Source: an uncultured delta proteobacterium (GTDB taxonomy: Bacteria; Desulfobacterota; Desulfomonilia; Desulfomonilales; Desulfomonilaceae). From it: DNA of 64,000 bases. The notes under the pieces are model-generated. The model was not told the origin of the DNA. It was given only the letters and a program-made list of their open reading frames with translations, and searched no databases. Below are positions 20,749 through 30,957 of the stretch, in pieces; within the stretch, counting starts at the first letter, position 1; every line of letters begins with the position of its first letter. Position numbers and translations under genes: made by a program. Location of the stretch: assembly GCA_963789265.1 (NCBI GenBank), contig CAWBKB010000005.1, positions 128,001 through 192,000 of the forward strand, in the 5' to 3' direction.

Positions 20749-20926
20749 GACGGTACCAAGGGGAAGACCAGACGTGCGTACTCGGCATTGCGGCCCGGAA
20801 GCTCTTGATCCGGGTGATTTTCTCGCCGATGATGCCGGGGCGTGCACCGGGCCTGATAGCATGGCCGAATGAGTAAACGAGGAATACTGAAGGCGGTGGA
20901 ACGCAGAGGATGAGAACAGCCGAATC

Positions 20927-20995
20927 AATACTTCCTATCGCCCAGACTCCGATGAGTGGGAAGAAGACTTCAAGACAAGGAGGCGTCCATCATGA
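20927..20995 (+). pseudogene. C-terminal remnant of a DUF4258-type toxin
   Basis: Reads TSYRPDSDEWEEDFKTRRRPS*, the typical DUF4258 tail, with an ATGA overlap onto the next gene; the N-terminal part is missing. Confidence 0.6.
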
Positions 20996-21213
20996 AGTGC
21001 CACGTATGCGGATCGCAATTGAAGCCCACGATCACAGATCTACCTTTCAAGGTCAGTGAAACAACCATTGTGATCCTGAAGGGCTTGCCGGTATTGGAAT
21101 GCGACAATTGCACCGAGTACTTGCTGGAAGATCTAGTAATGAGCCGCGTGGAAGAGATACTCGAAAGGGTGGATGAAGCAGCGGAATTGGAAGTAATCCA
21201 CTACGCGGCATAA
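20992..21213 (+). CDS. YgiT/MqsA-type zinc-finger antitoxin
   Basis: MKCHVCG...VILKGLPVLECDNCTEYLL. Confidence 0.88.
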   Translation: MKCHVCGSQLKPTITDLPFKVSETTIVILKGLPVLECDNCTEYLLEDLVMSRVEEILERVDEAAELEVIHYAA

Positions 21214-21297
21214 ACCACCATTGGTAGGGCGGCCCCCGGCCGCCGTTGAGTTTGTGCCTCGCCGGAAACGGTCGCTTACCTGGCTCAGGGGTATGCC

Positions 21298-21513
21298 GTG
21301 AGAAAGAAGCGTCATACAAAGCTGGTCCACGAGCGGGAATATGTGGCTGAAGTCGATATTGAGTTGATCTACACGGATGAGGGTTGGTCGCCCTATTTGT
21401 CGCTGGAAGATGCGCAAAAGTTGGATGAGGTGCGGGACGAATTACGAAAAGGAGATCTGAAGACAGCCGCAAAGCATGCGCGAGTCTATGCTTTAATCCC
21501 TATCGCACAGTGA
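21298..21513 (+). CDS. Small hypothetical protein, antitoxin-like
   Basis: 71-aa ORF (YVAEVDIELI...WSPYLSLEDAQKLD) in a TA-rich context; function is inferred only. Confidence 0.7.
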   Translation: MRKKRHTKLVHEREYVAEVDIELIYTDEGWSPYLSLEDAQKLDEVRDELRKGDLKTAAKHARVYALIPIAQ

Positions 21514-21752
21514 AGCCCGTACGGTCCCGCGGCCAACTCCAATTCAGCAATGGACTCCAGGAGTCTTCGTGCATTTTTTGGGCTCCTGAGAAGGTAAGCA
21601 GTCTCTTCAAGAGCCTCGTAGTCTTCAAGTGACATCATCACGACGGAGCGATGATTCTTTCGGGTGATGATGACCGGGGAGTGGTCATCACAAACCTTGT
21701 CCATGGTCTTGGCAAGATTATCACGAGCTTGCGAGTAAGTTACCGCGTTCAT
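21486..21752 (-). CDS. yefM: Phd/YefM-family antitoxin with altered or truncated 3' end; no YoeB partner
   Basis: MNAVTYSQARDNLAKTMDKVCDDHSPVIITR...LEETAYLLRSPKNARRLLESI. Confidence 0.9.
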   Translation of the reverse strand: MNAVTYSQARDNLAKTMDKVCDDHSPVIITRKNHRSVVMMSLEDYEALEETAYLLRSPKNARRLLESIAELELAAGPYGLHCAIGIKA

Positions 21753-21889
21753 TTCCGATCCTCTCCAAAATCGTAATCATGTACAGTGTATTGTGCAAGG
21801 CGATTTCGCTCATGACAAATTCCGATTAGTTGCCTATGGGGATATGTTGCGATTAGAGATCAGACATCAACTGAAGCAGGGGGACGCTG

Positions 21890-22483
21890 ATGTCCATCAA
21901 TAACCTTGTACTCCATCCAGTCAATCCAGAAAGCAGCGTCGCGCCAGGCCCGAAGCTTGTCACCCTTTTCACCGATATTGGTCTCATCGGGCGGCCGTTA
22001 GAAAAACCCGGTGAAACAAGTTTCCGGCCTGGTCCGCGCTTCTACCGGTTGGTAATCTTTCACCGATCGCATAGGACCATAACACTTATGCGCAGACCCG
22101 AAGCTGTCGTACCTGCCGCAATAGGCGATTCTCGATTGCAATGCACCGTGGCAATGCCCGAGCCCGGTCAGGATATTGCCTTTCTAAGCATGGGAAATGT
22201 GGAGTCCCCGTCCTGCAAGTCCTGCCATTACTTGCTCGAAAAATGGCCTGACATGGTTACAGCCTGGTATACGAACAAACATGACTACTTCTGGCACTGT
22301 CCCGAATGCGGCGCGCTGCAAAGACCCTGGGAGCTCGATTGGAGCCACACCAATGCGTTTGCCAATTACTCGGTTGAAATCACGGGTGTCCATTACGGCG
22401 AGGCAGTTCCTTCCCCAGAGCTTCTCGAAGCTCTGCACCAATGTGCAGGCACGCCGTGGAGCTATTTCTATTTCAACCTGTAA
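21890..22483 (+). CDS. Hypothetical protein with two CxxC motifs
   Basis: PSCKSC...WHCPECG; 197-aa ORF with upstream G-rich RBS. Confidence 0.7.
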   Translation: MSINNLVLHPVNPESSVAPGPKLVTLFTDIGLIGRPLEKPGETSFRPGPRFYRLVIFHRSHRTITLMRRPEAVVPAAIGDSRLQCTVAMPEPGQDIAFLSMGNVESPSCKSCHYLLEKWPDMVTAWYTNKHDYFWHCPECGALQRPWELDWSHTNAFANYSVEITGVHYGEAVPSPELLEALHQCAGTPWSYFYFNL

Positions 22484-22486
22484 GGC

Positions 22487-23323
22487 TTATCCGTAGCAAT
22501 AACTTGCGATTCGATTCACCGTCGCTCTGTCGGCTTTGAATGGATTTTTCACAGGCGCGGGGAGCTCCAATTGGTGAGTTTTGGCAAAAGGAGTGTCCTT
22601 GATCTTCAGGTTGTAGGCAATGATCATCAGGGTTTCGAGATTGACCGCGTCGAGAACATTGTAAGCGAGCAGCGTCTCCAGAGCCTTTTCATTGTTGTTC
22701 CCTTTGTAATCATCCCAAAGCACAACAGCAAAGTAACCGTTGACTCCGTCCAAGTCTTCTCTGTCCAATCCCAGCGCCTTTTCGCATCCTTTTAATCCGC
22801 CTCGGTAACCAAGGCTGTGCAGCACATATCTCAGGTCAATCTGCGCATGGTTCATCTTGATCCTGAAATAGCTTTCAATGAACGGGACGTCAAAGCAACG
22901 TCCATTGTATGTGACTACCACCTTGAATCTGGAAATATCTTCCACAAATTGTCCCAGATTTTGACCGTGCACGTACCAGCGAACAGAGTCCCCATCATAG
23001 AGCGCGATGGTGGTGATGTGGTTTCCGGAACCGGCAAAACCTGTGGTTTCAATGTCGAGGTAGGCCACTGAATCTCGAAACTCGGGGAAAAGCCGCCAGT
23101 GATGGTTAGATGGCAGGAAGTCCGCGAAGTAACGAGGGTCGTTTTCTTCCAGGTGTGCAACGGATTCGTCTATGCGGCTCTTCAGGAAATAGTGTCTGGC
23201 TGTGGAAGCTTCAGCTAACGAACGAGCCACAAGATCATCCCAGCAGAGGATGCCGCGAGACCAGAGTTCCTGTTCCGATTTGGAGCCTATGCCCGGTATA
23301 TGGCAAAAGGTGTTTTTTAGCAT
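22487..23323 (-). CDS. YprB-like RNase H-fold (DEDD) exonuclease with N-terminal HhH
   Basis: HIPGIG, AYLDIETTG, VTYNGRCFDVPF, IDLR, GGLKGCE, YNVLDAVNL. Confidence 0.88.
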   Translation of the reverse strand: MLKNTFCHIPGIGSKSEQELWSRGILCWDDLVARSLAEASTARHYFLKSRIDESVAHLEENDPRYFADFLPSNHHWRLFPEFRDSVAYLDIETTGFAGSGNHITTIALYDGDSVRWYVHGQNLGQFVEDISRFKVVVTYNGRCFDVPFIESYFRIKMNHAQIDLRYVLHSLGYRGGLKGCEKALGLDREDLDGVNGYFAVVLWDDYKGNNNEKALETLLAYNVLDAVNLETLMIIAYNLKIKDTPFAKTHQLELPAPVKNPFKADRATVNRIASYCYG

Positions 23324-23341
23324 TTGGTCTCCCTAAGCTTA

Positions 23342-24139
23342 TCACTTGAATTCGCGTTCCAAGTATTCGTCTATCATATCGTACGCGGCCGGCGTCAGGG
23401 AACCATCCGGGGCTCGAAGGCCCTCTGACAAAGCCTTACTCAGAAGCTCTCCTATGGCCCATCCGGTTGCAAGCTTGTCATAACGCCATTGCCTGAGGTG
23501 GTGGCCGTATGCGGCTAGTAGGTAGTTTGCCACCGTTTCCGCTGCTTCAGGGCCCTTATTGCCTTTTGTTTCTATTTCCAGTTCATAGTGCAGGATTTCG
23601 CCTTGGGGAAAATAGTAAGTCACCAAATCCGCGTCCAGCTCGGCTTGCACGCAGTCATCCATACGGGAGATCACCGCGCTGGCGCATCTTACGGTATCGC
23701 GGCGTTGGATGGCAACGAGTCCCGCAGCCCTCATCGCCGTGAACGCATCTGACGAATCCGGCCCGGTAGATGAAAGATTCAACCGTACGTTATTACGAGA
23801 TAGCTCTGCGGCAATTTCATCCAGAGCGGTTTTCGACCACAAAGCTTCTATCTCTCGTCTTTCACGACCGCCCCAATGGGTAGGTTGCGACGGTCCCTTA
23901 ATAGCTATCCAGAGTTTCGTCCCTATCCGGCGCAATCGCAGGCCCCATTTGCTCTCCTTCAGAGCCCCTGTGAGTGTGTCAAAGTAATGGTCCTCAAGGG
24001 TCTGCGGCTCTGCGGGAAGGAGTTTGTACGCGCCAACCGCGGTCAGACATGTAATTTCCCGATAAACAACCTCGGGCGCGTCCGAAACGATTACGAGGGT
24101 GGCTTCACGCTCTACTGCAATTTGCGATCCGGCCTTCAT
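23342..24139 (-). CDS. CYTH domain protein
   Basis: VEREATL, DHYFDT, GLRLRR, IKGP, RREIE, ELEIE. Confidence 0.82.
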   Translation of the reverse strand: MKAGSQIAVEREATLVIVSDAPEVVYREITCLTAVGAYKLLPAEPQTLEDHYFDTLTGALKESKWGLRLRRIGTKLWIAIKGPSQPTHWGGRERREIEALWSKTALDEIAAELSRNNVRLNLSSTGPDSSDAFTAMRAAGLVAIQRRDTVRCASAVISRMDDCVQAELDADLVTYYFPQGEILHYELEIETKGNKGPEAAETVANYLLAAYGHHLRQWRYDKLATGWAIGELLSKALSEGLRAPDGSLTPAAYDMIDEYLEREFK

Positions 24140-24279
24140 GGTGGCAACTTTCTCTCGCTAACGGACACCTTTGTCAACGATTAGTCCTTCATGGCTGAAA
24201 AAATAGATTTGTTCTTGATATTCTACAAGCTTACCGATAAGATGTCCGCTAGACTATTTCATCAGCCGGAGAAATTGCC

Positions 24280-24759
24280 ATGGCCAGATTTGAAGAGCTG
24301 ATGACACCTTCCGAGCTTGTGGCCACAATCAGAGAAGGAGCCGTCAAAGACGAACTTGTCAAGAAGTATAAAGTTTCCGAACAAGCATTGGCAATGATGC
24401 TGCTGCCATTGTATCGCGGGGGCGAGTTCAGTAAAGAGGAATTCAACAATTTCTTCCGAGGAATTGCTCTCAAACATGATGCCGAGACTTCATCTACAGT
24501 TCTATCGGAAGACGGTTCCGCGGCGCAGATTCCGTACGAGCCTCCATCGGAAATAGTCAGGTCGCTTTCAAAGGAGGCTCGCCCTTCGGAGAGTGATGAG
24601 TTCACTGCCTCGGCACTGGAAACCCCTGACAGAAGCAGCAACGAGAGCGCCGCTCCGGAATCGGCCGAGAGTGAGGATCTTCTCCAGGTGATCCTGGCCA
24701 AAGTCACATCTATTGATACCAGGCTGGCGGAAATCGAAAAGAAACTCAACTCTTGGTAG
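24280..24759 (+). CDS. Hypothetical protein
   Basis: 159-aa ORF with GGAG RBS; N-terminus resembles 5674..6111; acidic linker and coiled-coil tail. Confidence 0.75.
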   Translation: MARFEELMTPSELVATIREGAVKDELVKKYKVSEQALAMMLLPLYRGGEFSKEEFNNFFRGIALKHDAETSSTVLSEDGSAAQIPYEPPSEIVRSLSKEARPSESDEFTASALETPDRSSNESAAPESAESEDLLQVILAKVTSIDTRLAEIEKKLNSW

Positions 24760-25071
24760 CCTGTGTCTTCGGAAACGAATCGACGGGCCGCGTGCCTCAA
24801 CATCGTGCCACGATTTTCTATCAGAGATATATTTTGAGACACTTTCCGGCCGCCAGCCCCCCAAATGCCGGCAGCAAGCGTCATTACCCATCGTATTTAC
24901 TTGCATGAACGAGAAAGGGGTCAGTGGCAACAGGTTTCGCCCCAGTCACTTCGGTTGCATTGCCGCAAGATCGCCCTGGCCGTCGGCCTTTGCCGTGTCA
25001 TCTTCCCCATAGACACGGGCGTAAGTTTCCTCTATCTTCCCTGTAACTTGTTCGCCGAAAGGAGCTAACCC

Positions 25072-25624
25072 GTGAGAGTTCGTGGGTCCGTGAAAACATC
25101 TGTCATACTTTCGACCTGTTTTCTCATGTTAATCACCATTTCTGCATTGTCTTTCGGAGCGGAAATCAAGTTCGGCAAGGTGAGTCTCGCCCAGGTTCGA
25201 AGGAACTCGGCCAAGGTCAAGGTAGCCCTGGAACAGCTCGGGAAAGCGCAGACCGCGGCAGTCATGAAAGTAAACTCCCTAAAAAAGGACCTAAAAAAGC
25301 TCCAGGAAAACCTGAAATCGGGGAAAGACTCACTGAGCCAAGAAGAAAAGACAAAGCTTAAAGCAGACTTGGAAGATAAGAAACAGAGCTTACAGGTAGA
25401 AGAAACAAGCGGCCAAGATCAAGTTGACTTTCCAACAGAAGTCGATCCAGAATGCAGTCAAAACGCAAATGGATCAGGCGATAGAAAAAATTGCAAAGCA
25501 AGAAGGCGTTTCGGCCATATTCTTGAGTGAAATGCTTCTGTACTCCCCAGGGATAGTCGATCTAACCGACAAAATCACCAAGACGTTGGATTCTATGCCG
25601 CCTCTCGAGACCGGAACAAAATAG
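25072..25624 (+). CDS. Skp/OmpH-family periplasmic chaperone, +1 frameshift near 25405
   Basis: Signal peptide, AEIKFGKV, long coiled coil, then in the other frame IEKIAKQEG...LLYSPGIVDLTDKI. Confidence 0.8.
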
Positions 25625-25741
25625 GCGGCATGGACAGTAAATTCAGGACGTTGCCTTAGCCTCAGGTATTGGCGCTTCCGGCATTGATCTTACCTCCAGC
25701 TTTGGGACTGCGTAAGCATCTCCAATTTATGAGTGTTTCAC

Positions 25742-27148
25742 ATGGTCAAGATTTACGACATGGCCGTCATCGGCGGGGGGCCCGGTGGTTACGTAACGGC
25801 TTTACGGGCCCGGCAGTTGGGCCTCAGTGTTGTCCTTGCCGAAAAAGAGAAAATAGGCGGAGTTTGTCTCAATAGGGGGTGCATCCCTACGAAGACGCTA
25901 TTGGCCGATGCAGACGGTCTCCACTGGGCCCGACGAGCGGCTAAAGAAGGAATCCTCGATCAACGGGTCAAGCCCAACTTCGCTGGTATGATGGAACGCA
26001 AGAACCGCGTGGTGGGCAAACTGGTCGCGAATCTCGAAGAGCTGCTTGAAGCTAAAGGTATTGAAGTAATCTGCAACAAAGCGAAAATTGCGGAACCCGG
26101 TGCCATAATCACCCAACCAGGGCAAATTCTGAGGTGTCGAAATATTGTCGTCGCAACCGGTTCCCGTTCGTGGGCTCCACCCATTCCAGGAATCGATCTC
26201 CCGGGAGTGTTGAGCACACGGCAGATCCTGGAACTGGAGGAGGTCCCGGAAAGGCTGGCAATCGTAGGCGGCGGCGTGATAGGGCAAGAATTTGCCGCGA
26301 TATTCTCCGCTCTTGGCAGCAAGGTCACTGTTTTGGAAGTGTTGAACAGGATCCTTTGCGAAGTCGATACCGAAATTGCTCGTAGGTACGCTGGCCTTCT
26401 GCCGGGCTACGGCGTCCACACCGAGCTTTCAGCCTGCGTAAGGTCCATCGAAAAAGCAGGCGGTCTTCTCCGAGTGGTGTTCGAGAAAAAAGACAAAGAA
26501 AAGATATGTGAAGCTGACGCGGTACTGTTGGCCACAGGCCGGAAACCTTGTGTGGAAGATCTGGGACTATCAGACATCGGAGTAACTATCAAAAATGGAG
26601 CCATAGATGTCGACCGACGCTTGCGGACTTCTGTGGACGGCATCTATGCTATCGGAGACGTAACAGGTCGCAAGATGCTGGCTCATGTGGCTTCCTACCA
26701 CGGAGAAATAACAGCCGAGATCATCGCTGGCCGCGAAAGAGATGTTGAAGATGATCTAGCACCGTCCTGTGTCTTTACGATCCCTCAAATCGCCTGGGTG
26801 GGTCTGACCGAGGATCAGGTGAAAGAGTTGGGCCGACCTTTCCGGACCAGCATGGTTTCGCTTGCATCCAGCGGAAAGGCTCAAGCGATGGGTGAAGCGA
26901 GGGGCTGGCTCAAGCTGATCGAGGATTCGACTACAGGCCGACTGATAGGCGCCCACTTCTTGGGACCGCAAGTATCAGAACTCATCGGCGGGGTAACCCT
27001 GGCGATCAGAAAAGGGCTGTCGGCAGCCGACATAATAGAGACTATTTATCCGCATCCCACACTCTCTGAATCCTTGAGAGAAGCTGCCCTGGGATTTTCT
27101 GACGGGCCTATTCACGCTGGAGCCAAAACGCGATCGTTTGGCGACTGA
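25742..27148 (+). CDS. lpdA: Dihydrolipoyl dehydrogenase (E3)
   Basis: IGGGPGGY, GGVCLNRGCIPTK disulfide motif, VGGGVIG, AIGDV, HPTLSE. Confidence 0.95.
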   Translation: MVKIYDMAVIGGGPGGYVTALRARQLGLSVVLAEKEKIGGVCLNRGCIPTKTLLADADGLHWARRAAKEGILDQRVKPNFAGMMERKNRVVGKLVANLEELLEAKGIEVICNKAKIAEPGAIITQPGQILRCRNIVVATGSRSWAPPIPGIDLPGVLSTRQILELEEVPERLAIVGGGVIGQEFAAIFSALGSKVTVLEVLNRILCEVDTEIARRYAGLLPGYGVHTELSACVRSIEKAGGLLRVVFEKKDKEKICEADAVLLATGRKPCVEDLGLSDIGVTIKNGAIDVDRRLRTSVDGIYAIGDVTGRKMLAHVASYHGEITAEIIAGRERDVEDDLAPSCVFTIPQIAWVGLTEDQVKELGRPFRTSMVSLASSGKAQAMGEARGWLKLIEDSTTGRLIGAHFLGPQVSELIGGVTLAIRKGLSAADIIETIYPHPTLSESLREAALGFSDGPIHAGAKTRSFGD

Positions 27149-27187
27149 AGACAGAGACAGGGACAGACGCCCAAAACAGGTGAGCAA

Positions 27188-28765
27188 TTGAAAATCCTCC
27201 GACTTCTTGACACCGGTAGACTCTCCGCGGCGGCCAATATGGCCCTGGACAAGATCATCGTCGAAGAGGTCGCTCATCTGAACAGCCCCCCAACTCTGCG
27301 TTTCTTGCAGTTCAAGCCTGCGGCCGCGCTTGTAGGCTATCATCAGGACGTTAATCTTGAGATCAGGCAAGACTATTGCCGCGACCACGCCATTGACATA
27401 AATCGAAGGCACACTGGAGGAGGCACCATACTATTCCAAGAATCGGCCCTCGGCTGGGAACTCTATGGCGTTCCGGGTGAGAAGCCTTTCAAGGGCGACT
27501 ACACAGCATTACTCGTAAAAATTTGTACAATAGCAGCGTCGGCGATTTCTCGGTTCGGAATCCCGGCCCGTTTCAGGCCCCGGAACGATATCGAAGTGCA
27601 CGGAAGAAAGATTTCCGGTACGGGCGGTATGACGGTTTCCGGAGGTTTTATGTTCCAGGGGACTCTCCTCGTGGAGAATCAGGTGGACCTATTTCTCAAG
27701 GCATTGCGAGTTCCGATTGAAAAATTGAAGAAGCGTGAGATCGAGTCTCTTATGGAACGAATATGCTTCCTGTCTGACTTGGTACAGCCTACCCCCCCCG
27801 GGAAGCGCATCAAAGAGATTATGGCAGCCGAATTTTCCGATAAGTTAGAGGCTAGCATAGTTCCCGGGATGTTGACCGAACGGGAGAACCGGCGCCTGCG
27901 AGAGGAAATAGCTTATTTCGAGAGTTCCGCGTGGATCATGTCCCGTTCACGCCCGCCACACGAGGGGGAGCCGCTCCGTTCAATATGTCAGACGGAAGCG
28001 GGAACCCTGAGAGTGCATTTATGGTTGGCTCCAGGAGGGAAGAGAGTACGGCAAGCTCTTATTTCGGGTGACTTCTTCGCCGTACCGAGTAGGGTTATCC
28101 ACGATCTGGAAGCCGCACTTGTCGGGTCACCTGTGGAAGGCAGTGCGCTAAGGGATTGTGTGATTACCTTCTTTCGTCAAAACGCGGGCGAAATATCCGG
28201 GGTCCGCGCGGAAGTCGTTGCCGGTGCCGTGGCCTCGGCTGGGGACCGGCGTCTACTAATGAACGAAAACTTCTCGGGATCGGAAGTTAATGAGCTGTTT
28301 CTACTCAATATTGTTCCTCAGGAACTTCACAACCATAGGCCCAAATGGTTGCTCCTCCCGTACTGCTCCAAAGATCTGGCTTGCGTCTTCCGTCAGCTAC
28401 CGGGGTGCGAAGAATGCGGCCGGTGCGAAATTGGAGAATGCTTTGGATTGGCGCGCTCTCTAAATGTCGAACCGATCACCATTCAGAGCTTCGAACACCT
28501 CATGCAAACTTTGCGTAACAAGTGCGCGGACAGAGACGGCGTTTACGTCGGCTCCTGCTGTGAGGCGTTTTATGCCAAACACCAGCGAGAGATGGAAGAA
28601 GTCAACGCACGCGGCATTTTGGTGAATCTGGATTCCACTACGTGCTACGATCTCGGTAAGGGAAGCAGCGCCTACCGAGGTCATTTCGATAACAAGACTT
28701 CACTCAATCTAGGGTTGATCTCAAAAACCCTCAGGCGGCTTTATGCTTGGCACGCTCCCGTGTGA
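27188..28765 (+). CDS. Lipoate-protein ligase (sLpl(AB)-type) with C-terminal Cys-rich (DUF116-like) extension
   Basis: NMALD, RRHTGGG, RPRNDIE..GRKISGTG, accessory domain SGDFF, then LPYCSK..C..GCEECGRC...GSCCE..C. Confidence 0.88.
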   Translation: MKILRLLDTGRLSAAANMALDKIIVEEVAHLNSPPTLRFLQFKPAAALVGYHQDVNLEIRQDYCRDHAIDINRRHTGGGTILFQESALGWELYGVPGEKPFKGDYTALLVKICTIAASAISRFGIPARFRPRNDIEVHGRKISGTGGMTVSGGFMFQGTLLVENQVDLFLKALRVPIEKLKKREIESLMERICFLSDLVQPTPPGKRIKEIMAAEFSDKLEASIVPGMLTERENRRLREEIAYFESSAWIMSRSRPPHEGEPLRSICQTEAGTLRVHLWLAPGGKRVRQALISGDFFAVPSRVIHDLEAALVGSPVEGSALRDCVITFFRQNAGEISGVRAEVVAGAVASAGDRRLLMNENFSGSEVNELFLLNIVPQELHNHRPKWLLLPYCSKDLACVFRQLPGCEECGRCEIGECFGLARSLNVEPITIQSFEHLMQTLRNKCADRDGVYVGSCCEAFYAKHQREMEEVNARGILVNLDSTTCYDLGKGSSAYRGHFDNKTSLNLGLISKTLRRLYAWHAPV

Positions 28766-29903
28766 CATACTTGTTGTCGGAGCAGGCCCAGCGGGCTCTT
28801 CGGCTGCCGCAGCCGCGGCCCGGGCAGGTGCCGAAACGGTGATGATCGAGGCCAAAGTCAGGATAGGCGAACAACCTCATTGCGGCGAGTTCGTTCCTGA
28901 GCGCATGTTTGGCGAGATGACTCTCCCCGGAAGCGCTGTCATGCAGAGGGTTGACTACCTTGAGACTCGTGTCACGAGTCGAAGTAATGCTACAGAGACC
29001 GTCTTAAGCCGATCTCAAAAGGGCGCCGGCAAAACCCAATACAAGAAAAGCGAAATGCTCGCCCCAGGGTTCTTGATAGACCGTGTCAGGTTCGATCGCG
29101 ATTTAGCCCGCGAAGCTGCCGCCCAAGGGGTTACGGTCTTTTGTGGTGCCAGGTTGCTTCATGGCCGAGACGGGTCTTGGATTATAGAGTACGGCCGACA
29201 AGAGAAAGTCTGCCGGCCCAAATTCACGATCGCGGCTGACGGGGCGTGTTCTACTGTTGCGGCTTCAATGCAAATGAGCTTGCCGGCAGTCTTGAAAGGC
29301 CTCCAAGCGGAAGTGCCTCTCGTTGAGCCTCTGAATAAGACCCTTGTTTTCCTGGATCAGGATTTCGTGGGTGGCTATGGGTGGGTGTTTCCCAAAGGTG
29401 ACGTGGCAAATGTGGGAATAGGAACGGTTCCAGGAACACACGTTCGTCTGGGCAAGCTGCTGGAAGAGTTTTTGGACAGGTTGTACAGGGAAGGATTAAT
29501 TAGACGCGGCGTATTGGCACGTTCCGGTGGCCTAATTCCCATATCGGGTATCAGAAATAGGATGGTTTCTGGAACGGTTATTTTCTGTGGTGACGCGGCA
29601 GGATTGACCCATCCGATCACAGGCGCCGGGATCCCGCAGGCTATATTCTCGGGAGCATTGGCAGGTCGTGCAGCCGCTGCTGCCTTGACAAGGGGCGATA
29701 CGCTTTATCTCCGCGAATACGAAGCGGAAATCAGGAGCCGCTATCAAGGTGTTATCAACCACGCCCTAAGCAAGCGCACCAGTATGATGGATCGCTGGAA
29801 CGATCGGGACTTTGAAACACTGTGTGAACATACATGGATCGGGTTCAAGGGCTATAGGAAAAGGATAAGGCATTGCGTTCCACAGCCCGTTGACGTCAAA
29901 TAA
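28743..29903 (+). CDS. Geranylgeranyl-reductase-family flavoprotein (LipT-like)
   Basis: VVGAGPAGS, IDRVRFDRDL, AADG, GGYGWVFPKG, GDAAGLTHPITGAGI; located between the ligase and the LipS genes. Confidence 0.85.
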   Translation: MLGTLPCDILVVGAGPAGSSAAAAAARAGAETVMIEAKVRIGEQPHCGEFVPERMFGEMTLPGSAVMQRVDYLETRVTSRSNATETVLSRSQKGAGKTQYKKSEMLAPGFLIDRVRFDRDLAREAAAQGVTVFCGARLLHGRDGSWIIEYGRQEKVCRPKFTIAADGACSTVAASMQMSLPAVLKGLQAEVPLVEPLNKTLVFLDQDFVGGYGWVFPKGDVANVGIGTVPGTHVRLGKLLEEFLDRLYREGLIRRGVLARSGGLIPISGIRNRMVSGTVIFCGDAAGLTHPITGAGIPQAIFSGALAGRAAAAALTRGDTLYLREYEAEIRSRYQGVINHALSKRTSMMDRWNDRDFETLCEHTWIGFKGYRKRIRHCVPQPVDVK

Positions 29904-30876
29904 CAACCAAGATCCGCGCATGAAAGGTGCGGCTATGCAGAAGACATATGACGAGGAATTGGCAGCCATTCTTGACAATGCGTGGAATGAGTCCCGTTCC
30001 CGTCACGGCAACAATCTCACCGTGCATGTTCCGGGTATGTTCGTAGTTGACGGCAGACGGGGAAAGTACAGAGCCGTTTCCATAACCGGTGCTAAGTGCG
30101 ATTTGAGCTGTGAGCACTGCAAGGGATCACTCATAAAGACAATGACTGCCGCGTCTAGTCCCGAGACATTGCTGCGCTTCGGAAGAGAGGCCGCGGAGCG
30201 TGGAGATCGTGGAATCCTGGTAACAGGCGGGTGTGATTCAAAGGGCAGACTGCCGTGGAAGAAATTTTTGGCAGCGATCGGTACGCTGAAAGCAGAAACC
30301 GACCTGACAATCAGCGTTCACACGGGTCAAGTCAACCGAGAAACCGCCTGCGCTCTGAAGGAGTCAGGGGTAGACCAGGCTTTGGTCGATATCATCGGGG
30401 ATGACGAGACCGCCAGGAAAGTCTATCACCTTGCCGAAGGGGCCTCAACGATACGCCACACGATGGAAGCTCTGGCACTGGCCAAGCTCAACGTTGTCCC
30501 TCACATTCTGTTCGGTATCTACTACGGCAGAGAAAGGGGCGAGACCGCAGCGCTGGAGATGCTCGGGGATTTTCCCGTAAGCAAATATGTCGTCGTAGTG
30601 ATCATGCCCGCCAAGGGCACGCCAATGGCTGATGTTCCACCGCCCCCGGCCCGAAGCGTCGCGACGTTTCTGGCTCGGGCTCGTCTTGAGTTTCCGGAGT
30701 TGGAAGCCTCTCTAGGATGCGCGCGCCCCAGGGGATATTATCGCCGCGAGCTGGATATCTTGGCTATACGAGCCGGCATAAATTCCCTGGCCCTTCCTTC
30801 GGAACCCGCTCTGGAAGAGGCCAGGAGAAGAGGGCTGAACATTATTTCCAGGGAGACTTGTTGCTCGCTTTCATAG
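29890..30876 (+). CDS. lipS1: Radical SAM lipoyl synthase subunit LipS1-like
   Basis: CDLSCEHC radical SAM motif plus GCAR and terminal CC motifs recalled as characteristic of LipS1; true start probably at a downstream ATG. Confidence 0.8.
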   Translation: MTSNNNQDPRMKGAAMQKTYDEELAAILDNAWNESRSRHGNNLTVHVPGMFVVDGRRGKYRAVSITGAKCDLSCEHCKGSLIKTMTAASSPETLLRFGREAAERGDRGILVTGGCDSKGRLPWKKFLAAIGTLKAETDLTISVHTGQVNRETACALKESGVDQALVDIIGDDETARKVYHLAEGASTIRHTMEALALAKLNVVPHILFGIYYGRERGETAALEMLGDFPVSKYVVVVIMPAKGTPMADVPPPPARSVATFLARARLEFPELEASLGCARPRGYYRRELDILAIRAGINSLALPSEPALEEARRRGLNIISRETCCSLS

Positions 30877-30957
30877 CGCAATGCTAAATGAGCGTTGTTT
30901 TGGGTATCTGATCGACACGCGGATTCCCTATCCTCACTCTTTCAGGAGGCTGGTATC

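Noticed and set aside
20749..20876. Possible IS110 transposase C-terminal remnant (ARKLLIRVIF)
   Set aside because: Resemblance covers only a few residues and needs frameshifts; unsupported without a search
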